A stretch of DNA of 64,000 bases. Source: Anaerohalosphaeraceae bacterium (GTDB lineage: Bacteria > Planctomycetota > Phycisphaerae > Sedimentisphaerales > Anaerohalosphaeraceae). Shown piece after piece: positions 58,408 through 64,000 of the stretch. The stretch covers positions 608,001 to 672,000 of the forward strand of contig CAXXSL010000013.1 of the NCBI GenBank assembly GCA_963675525.2, written 5' to 3'. The number at the start of each line of letters is the position of its first letter. Position 1 is the first letter of the stretch. The notes under the pieces are model-generated. The model ran no database searches. It saw only the letters and a list, made by a program, of their open reading frames with translations, and was not told the DNA's origin. Position numbers and translations under genes: made by a program.

Positions 58408-58782
58408 ATGATGGTTCTGTCAATTTTTAGGAAAATATTCTCCAAAAACAAAGCGAGATACATCACAGAAAGCCATGGTTCATTAATTCCTTGGCATAAA
58501 CGGATAGTCTTAAAACCATTACGACATGTTACCCTCGCTCTACCAGATCAAATCCTCGGTGAAGATGAAAAAATAGGATCCGTAATTCATGGGCCGGATG
58601 AAATGGAATTCAGTCAAGGTGCCGAAGATAAGTTTATTTATCTGCGAATCCAACCCGGTATGCGGGTATGGCTATCAAAAAGCTGCGATGCCATTGTATA
58701 TTCCGACGATCAGGAGCCTGTACGTTTCGAAATAGAAATCCCAGAGAAATACCAACAATACATCAACCCTAAATACAAGTGA
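58408..58782 (+). CDS. Hypothetical protein
   Basis: AT-rich ORF; AAGGA RBS before ATG 58408. Confidence 0.5.
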   Translation: MMVLSIFRKIFSKNKARYITESHGSLIPWHKRIVLKPLRHVTLALPDQILGEDEKIGSVIHGPDEMEFSQGAEDKFIYLRIQPGMRVWLSKSCDAIVYSDDQEPVRFEIEIPEKYQQYINPKYK

Positions 58783-59385
58783 CTATTTCCAAAAGTCGGG
58801 GCGTCTGATGACAGACTTGCCAATCGTTATCTCATCCGGAAACTGACTGGCCCGCAATAACTTTTGCGACATTTTGAACTTAAAGTCCGCCTCTTGCCGT
58901 AAATCAAAACAGTTGCTATCTATCGGAAACATTACTCCGACCTGTTTCTCAGGAAAAAGTCTTCGTACCGCCAAAATCGCCGGAGTTAAATCTGAGTCGG
59001 CAGAAATAATTACTGCTCTATCATATTTATCTTCGACTGCATCAGCTAACAGCCGAATCGCAATGTTCACATCGGTTTGTTTTTCTTCATGTGTCTTAAA
59101 CGTCCGCTGGCAAAGATGACAGCAAGTGTTTTTGTTTTTAAATCGTCCCGGTACAAATTCAACTCCTGTCGATCGAAGAGCCGTGACATAATCCTGATGA
59201 CGCTTGTGTTTATCCGGCTTCCATGTAATGTAGGCTGAAAAATAACAAACGTGCTCAAGTTTATCATGGGCAAGTAGAATTGATTTCGCTAACTGATAAT
59301 AGTTAAGCCATTTGAAATGAGGGTATTTCCGCTTGAGGGCATAGTACATGTTGAAACCGTCGACATAAAAGCAATATCGATACAT
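58783..59385 (-). CDS. NYN-domain (LabA/DUF88, PIN-like) putative RNase
   Basis: YVDGFNMY, EEKQTDVNIA, ISADSDL catalytic motifs; CxxC insert; AGGAG RBS. Confidence 0.88.
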   Translation of the reverse strand: MYRYCFYVDGFNMYYALKRKYPHFKWLNYYQLAKSILLAHDKLEHVCYFSAYITWKPDKHKRHQDYVTALRSTGVEFVPGRFKNKNTCCHLCQRTFKTHEEKQTDVNIAIRLLADAVEDKYDRAVIISADSDLTPAILAVRRLFPEKQVGVMFPIDSNCFDLRQEADFKFKMSQKLLRASQFPDEITIGKSVIRRPDFWK

Positions 59386-59408
59386 TATCTCTCCTTCCTT
59401 AGAGCTAC

Positions 59409-59461
59409 AAAAAAACCCAGACACCCGAAAGAGTCTGGGGCCTGACGCTTAAAGCACCAGG
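59409..59461 (-). terminator. Two-hairpin leader ending in an intrinsic terminator upstream of the NYN gene
   Basis: Minus strand CCTGGTGCT-TTA-AGCGTCAGG, then CCCAGACTC-TTTC-GGGTGTCTGGG and a T7 run, about 23 nt before the ATG. Confidence 0.6.
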
Positions 59462-59668
59462 GATATACTTATATTATCGGATATCAACACTATATGTTCA
59501 AGTATTTTTTAGGATTTTTTTCGTACAAGCTTTATTTTTACACGAAAAATGTACTATTTCGGGCGTTTTTTAATGGAATTTTCCTGTTTCAATAGATTCC
59601 TCACTTCGTTCGGAATGACACCCATTAATCACTGTTTACTGTTCACTGAAAAAGAAAGGAGTTTTACC

Positions 59669-60322
59669 ATGTCACCACAAACGGCACACTCACCTGCTAC
59701 GCAAACCGTTGTTTCGCTTCCGCTGCGTCGGTTGTCACCACATCCGGCTAATCCCAACCGCATGAGCAATGCGGCATTCAATAAACTCGTCAAGCATATC
59801 GAACGTACCGGCCAGTATGAACCGATCGTCGTTCGCAAACATCCGGTCCGCAAGAACGCCTTTCAAATCCTCAACGGCCATCACCGAGCCAGAGCGTTAA
59901 GCCGCCTCGGGCATACCCGCGCCGACTGCGTGGTGTTCACCGCCGACGACGCACAGGCATTGGTCTACCTGGCAACGCTGAACAAACTGACCGGGCGGGA
60001 CAACGCACGTAAAAAGGCCGGGCTCATCGAGCAGCTATGTAAACGCTACGCCAGCAAAGACCTCTCACACATGCTGCCCGAAAGCAGGACAGCCATCCAG
60101 AAACTAAACTGCCTGGCCCGACAGCAGCCGTTACCGAAGCCGAGGACCCAAACACCGTTCCTGGTGCCGCTGACATTCTTCGTCACCGAACCGCAGCACC
60201 AGCTCATCAGCGAGGCATTCGATAAGGCGGTCAGGCAAAACGAATCGGGGAGCCGGACCGAAAAACGCCTGCTGGCCTTGTGCCGCATCGCCAAAAACTA
60301 CCTCGGCAAGGATGTGTTTTAG
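59669..60322 (+). CDS. ParB/Srx N-terminal domain protein
   Basis: LSPHPANPNRM, GQYEPIVVR, ILNGHHRARA; AAGGAG RBS before ATG 59669; no parA partner. Confidence 0.85.
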   Translation: MSPQTAHSPATQTVVSLPLRRLSPHPANPNRMSNAAFNKLVKHIERTGQYEPIVVRKHPVRKNAFQILNGHHRARALSRLGHTRADCVVFTADDAQALVYLATLNKLTGRDNARKKAGLIEQLCKRYASKDLSHMLPESRTAIQKLNCLARQQPLPKPRTQTPFLVPLTFFVTEPQHQLISEAFDKAVRQNESGSRTEKRLLALCRIAKNYLGKDVF

Positions 60323-60344
60323 ACTGGGCCATATTGGGCGAAAG

Positions 60345-60379
60345 AAAAAAGGCTGCACGGTATGCCCCGCGCAGCCTTT
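60345..60379. terminator. Terminator between convergent genes
   Basis: AAAAAAGGCTGC...GCAGCCTTT. Confidence 0.65.
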
Positions 60380-60402
60380 GCAATAAAGCTCAAAAACATT
60401 TG

Positions 60403-61080
60403 TTATTTTCTTTTACGAAACAATGCCAAACCACCGAGGGCAAGCAGCAGCATCGTCGTCGGCTCGGGAACCTGGCAAATGGTATCAATCAGAATCGAAT
60501 CCAGCAGCCTGGGCGTAACCATAAAAATCTCAACTCTCTCCCATTCCGGATTGGGCTCCAATACAATTTCAAAAACGGAGTGATACCACAGATACCCGCT
60601 ATCCGGACCAAGGGCGAATTGTTCCGTCCAGAGATGCGTCCCTGTTACATGATCGCCATCGGAAGGATAATAACCGATCGCTTGTATGTAGAAATCCTCC
60701 TCCTCCGGCAAAAGTCCAGGTGCCAATGCCCAGTTCAATTGAATCCAGATGCGTTTTTCCGGAAGCGGTTCCGAAAAATTTTCTATATCCATCACCATTA
60801 AGAAAGGATCTTCAACAACACCCGATAAACCATCCAGGGATTGATAAACTGTTTCGTAATCCGCAAATATCATATTCCCGGTCCCATCAGTAAATTCAGC
60901 CTCAAATAACAGTGTTTCCGGATCTTGCCGAGAAAAGTCCCAGACATTGTGCGTGGTACGTTCCTGCCCAGCCCAATCCGGCGGGGTCTCATATAGATCG
61001 GGGGGTAATACGATAATTGCCCGGGCAGTGGTCGTAAAAATCAGTGCGATCAGTACGAGTAAAAAAAGTGTTCGTTTCAT
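60403..61080 (-). CDS. PEP-CTERM sorting-domain protein
   Basis: Signal peptide; C-terminus IDTICQVPEPTTMLLLALGGLALFRKRK. Confidence 0.88.
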   Translation of the reverse strand: MKRTLFLLVLIALIFTTTARAIIVLPPDLYETPPDWAGQERTTHNVWDFSRQDPETLLFEAEFTDGTGNMIFADYETVYQSLDGLSGVVEDPFLMVMDIENFSEPLPEKRIWIQLNWALAPGLLPEEEDFYIQAIGYYPSDGDHVTGTHLWTEQFALGPDSGYLWYHSVFEIVLEPNPEWERVEIFMVTPRLLDSILIDTICQVPEPTTMLLLALGGLALFRKRK

Positions 61081-61528
61081 CTTTCCATCCTCCAAGTGAA
61101 TGTGAATATTGATCTTTACACCGATGGTTTAAACATAATGGGAGTATTTATGCCGGAGGGGAAACATAGCCATATACATCCGATGTGAATCTTCTCATCT
61201 TTATCGTCCCATCCTCTCCCACTCTATAAAAATGACGTTCATCGCTACCGGTCGAAGAACCATAGTAATATATTAATGTTCAGAATGCCCAAAGTCAATA
61301 AAAAACAATAATCTGTGTGCTTTATTAACAGAATTAGGTGTTTTATCTGTCTTTTTGGCCTGAATTGGCACACAAACCAGCATGACTTCCCCAAATCGGA
61401 CATAGGCACGGGACAATATTGGTAAATCACTTTCGCCCAAACAGAGGCTTGCATGATTCCGAGAAAACGGGTATATTAAGAGGCAATCGTGCGGTATTTT
61501 AAATGCCTTTACTGTTTGAAAGGAATCA

Positions 61529-61699
61529 ATGATGGCAATTCTTAAGATTATTTTGGCGATTTTTCTTCCTCCCGTCGCGGCGTTTCTGCAGGTCGGAGTC
61601 AGCACTCACTTTTGGATCAACATCGTTCTCTGCCTGCTGGGCGGTATCCCCGGCGTGATCCATGCTTTGTGGCTGGTATTGACCAACAAGACCGCATAG
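61529..61699 (+). CDS. YqaE/Pmp3 family small membrane protein, absent from the ORF track
   Basis: MMAILKIILAIFLPPVAAFLQVG...FWINIVLCLLGGIPGVIHALWLV; AAGGA RBS. Confidence 0.9.
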   Translation: MMAILKIILAIFLPPVAAFLQVGVSTHFWINIVLCLLGGIPGVIHALWLVLTNKTA

Positions 61700-61793
61700 C
61701 TCAAATCCGCACTAATGAAGATATACGCCATGCAACACTGACTTCGAATGGATGATCCGGCTTTGCAGCGTAAAACAATAAGGGGCTGTTGTG

Positions 61794-62243
61794 ATGAAAA
61801 TCCTGATCGTTGAAGATGATGCTTCCTTGCGTGATCTGATACAGATGTATCTGTCCGATTACGGCAGTTGCGACCTGGCAGCAAACGGGCAGGAAGCTAT
61901 CGCCGCGGTTGAGCGTGCGATTGATTCCGGCACGCCCTACGACTTGGCCTGCATGGACGTCATGATGCCCGAGATGGACGGGCTTGAGGCTTTGAAAATA
62001 ATACGCCGGCTGGAATTCAAGCATTTCCAGGATGGCCTGCAGAGCATGAAGATCATTATGATCACCTCCAAAGGCATGGCCAAAGATATCATGACGGCTT
62101 TGGGCTCCGGAGCTGAAGGATACCTCACTAAGCCCTTCAGCAGTAAACAACTCTTCGAGCAAATCCGCCAACTGGGTCTGCTCGACGAATCCGCCCAAGA
62201 CGAAGAAACCCAAGACACTGAAGATACAGACATGCCACTTTAG
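61794..62243 (+). CDS. Single-domain (CheY-like) response regulator
   Basis: ILIVEDD, CMDVMMPEMDG, IMITS, YLTKPF. Confidence 0.9.
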   Translation: MKILIVEDDASLRDLIQMYLSDYGSCDLAANGQEAIAAVERAIDSGTPYDLACMDVMMPEMDGLEALKIIRRLEFKHFQDGLQSMKIIMITSKGMAKDIMTALGSGAEGYLTKPFSSKQLFEQIRQLGLLDESAQDEETQDTEDTDMPL

Positions 62244-62405
62244 CATTTCGGTCACATCGTCAATGACGAATGGCCATGCTCTGAAAACCCCCTTTCTTTT
62301 GCTTTTTTGACGTATCCAGAATCATCGTTCCAAACATCCATCGCAAGATGACTTTCAATTATCGGTCAAGATGTGTTTTGAGGAATATGGGTATCGACAG
62401 CCACA

Positions 62406-62436
62406 CTCCGGCGACAGCGATTGACTGTCGCCGGAG
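62406..62436. terminator. Hairpin between convergent genes
   Basis: CTCCGGCGACAG-N7-CTGTCGCCGGAG. Confidence 0.55.
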
Positions 62437-62477
62437 CTTGCCGAAGCTGTTTGTCGTTATTCTGTTGGTCTGCCGTG

Positions 62478-63998
62478 TCAGTAAATCTGCAATAACCAAT
62501 ATCTCGCAATGATCGCAAAGTCTCGCAGATTCACAATACCGCTTTCATTGATATCCATGTATTCACACCAGTCGGGTTCGCTGCACTCATCGAGCCAGTT
62601 GTCAGCCAGAGCTTCCAACTCCGTTTCGTTAATCAAACCATCTCCATCGTCGCCGGTATCCGTGTATCGGAACTCATAGGCACCCATATCGACTTCTTCG
62701 ACCCCGTCGCCATCGAAAATCCGGGACCGATTACCGAAATCAAGCGGCAGCGGTTCGCTGGTATTCATATCATTGTCAAGGTCTGCAATATCCGCCGGCA
62801 GTGAATTGCTGTCGCCGATATTAATGCAGGGCGAATCAATCGAAAGCTTATAACAGTCATCGGGCGTGCCAATGATATTGTCGTCACTTGCAGGATCAAC
62901 AAACATCGGTTCGGCGTCAATATTTCCGGTGCCGGATCCTGCCCATCCGCCTTCGACATCACAATAATCAACGGTTGTCCCGCTGGCAGGACCATCATTA
63001 ATTTGCGTGCCAGAACTGGCGGTATTGCCATAAATGATACTGTTGGTCACAGAAGGGAAGCTTTGGTGATTGGCGATGCCACCACCCGAGCCGCTGCCGA
63101 GCGAAGAATTGGCGAAGATGGTGCAGTTTGCGATCGTTGAATTGCTGTTATTATTGAACATCCCGCCGCCGCGGTAGGTGTAACTGGCATTGTTTGCCAC
63201 ATTGGCGGTGATGATACACTGGACAAACATGGGCTCACCGTAGTAATTATAAATAGCCCCGCCAGAATTATCACAGCTATTGCCATAGAATCCGCAGTTA
63301 ATAAAATCGGGATTACGGTCTACACTGATAAAACCCCAAGAGTTGTACACACCACCGCCGCCGTCGGCGCTGTTGCCGGAGAAGATGCAGTTGACAATGT
63401 CCATCTCGCAATCGCTATTATACATCCCTCCGCCATTGCCGCCAGCCTGATTACCGGTAAAAACACAGTCAGTGATGTCCTGATCAAGACCGCCATTATA
63501 CATCCCAGCCCCGATGCCGCTGAATGTCGAGTTGCCGGTAAAGAGGCAGTTGCTGATCGATGGATTACTGGAGCCGTTATACATGCCGCCCCCGCCGCCG
63601 TTTGCGGTGACGGAATTATTGGAAAATGTGCAATGGGTTACGGTCAGATCACAATTATAATAATTATACATACCGCCGCCGCCGTTCTCTGCCATGTTAT
63701 CCGTAAAGATGCAGTTGGTGATCGTCGGATCGCAACCGAAGAAACCGCCATCATGGTTATTGTACATGCCGCCACCATAACAGTGTGGGTTCGTCCCATA
63801 GGCGTTTCCGCCGGTGATGGTAAATCCGTCGAGAACAGCCGAGTTACTCAACACGACTGTCGCCGGATGATAAAAGACATGGTAGCAGTTGTCATTAGTC
63901 TGACCGACAGTGCCGATATCACCGCTAAGGATGGTGACATAGGCTTCCGGATCGCGGTCGTCCCAGTTGGGCGAACCGGTGTCATCAAAACCGCCATA
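62478..63998 (-). CDS. Right-handed beta-helix protein with dockerin-like C-terminus, 5'-truncated by the window edge
   Basis: Frame open to the window end (YGGF...TILSGDIG...YHV); GGGMYN/CIF..N repeats, SPCINIG, DMGAYE, paired ...WL tail. Confidence 0.8.
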   Translation of the reverse strand, partial: YGGFDDTGSPNWDDRDPEAYVTILSGDIGTVGQTNDNCYHVFYHPATVVLSNSAVLDGFTITGGNAYGTNPHCYGGGMYNNHDGGFFGCDPTITNCIFTDNMAENGGGGMYNYYNCDLTVTHCTFSNNSVTANGGGGGMYNGSSNPSISNCLFTGNSTFSGIGAGMYNGGLDQDITDCVFTGNQAGGNGGGMYNSDCEMDIVNCIFSGNSADGGGGVYNSWGFISVDRNPDFINCGFYGNSCDNSGGAIYNYYGEPMFVQCIITANVANNASYTYRGGGMFNNNSNSTIANCTIFANSSLGSGSGGGIANHQSFPSVTNSIIYGNTASSGTQINDGPASGTTVDYCDVEGGWAGSGTGNIDAEPMFVDPASDDNIIGTPDDCYKLSIDSPCINIGDSNSLPADIADLDNDMNTSEPLPLDFGNRSRIFDGDGVEEVDMGAYEFRYTDTGDDGDGLINETELEALADNWLDECSEPDWCEYMDINESGIVNLRDFAIIARYWLLQIY

Positions 63999-64000
63999 GA

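Noticed and set aside
58741..58782. PEKYQQYINP tail resembling the GNAT end PGHYYLWFNP
   Set aside because: Similarity is too weak to claim another gene-end duplication.
59593..59620. AGATTCCTCACTTCGTTCGGAATGACA REP-like half element
   Set aside because: Single copy in the window with no partner or associated nuclease gene, so it cannot be supported as a repeat from this sequence alone.
55717..60322. Intact prophage or plasmid partition locus
   Set aside because: No terminase, portal, capsid, integrase, parA or parS-like palindrome is visible.

Overview
Bacterial chromosomal window. The gene content (tandem ECF sigma/anti-sigma pairs, PEP-CTERM proteins, secreted proteins with paired dockerin-like ...WL tails) suggests Planctomycetota, probably Phycisphaerae; this is an inference. 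Contents in order: the distal part of a type IV pilus operon (pilM/N/O/P-like, pilB, pilT, pilC, two minor pilins); secreted-protein islands; nth (frameshifted at an A9 tract); LOG, FKBP and two ECF/anti-sigma pairs; tag; MBOAT/SGNH; a clan GH-A hydrolase; a hexaheme cytochrome; mutS; a RAYT transposase with seven REP palindromes; frameshifted mnmE-like, methyltransferase and coaX genes; obgE; an 8-PAS histidine kinase; and an HTH / ABC-ATPase / GNAT / ParB cluster. The most striking structure lies downstream of mutS. Four accessory cassettes (serine hydrolase, MNT-HEPN toxin-antitoxin, serine hydrolase, metallopeptidase) are each followed by a diverged copy of the last 12-18 codons of mutS. 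This forms an integron-like tandem cassette array with no integrase in the window. A similar orphan gene end follows the pilus operon. Other candidates are a split ABC-ATPase/GNAT/ParB nucleic-acid modification module, an ibs/sib-like small peptide with a possible antisense RNA, an NYN RNase behind a short terminated leader, and an unannotated structured RNA. No rRNA, tRNA or CRISPR array was seen.
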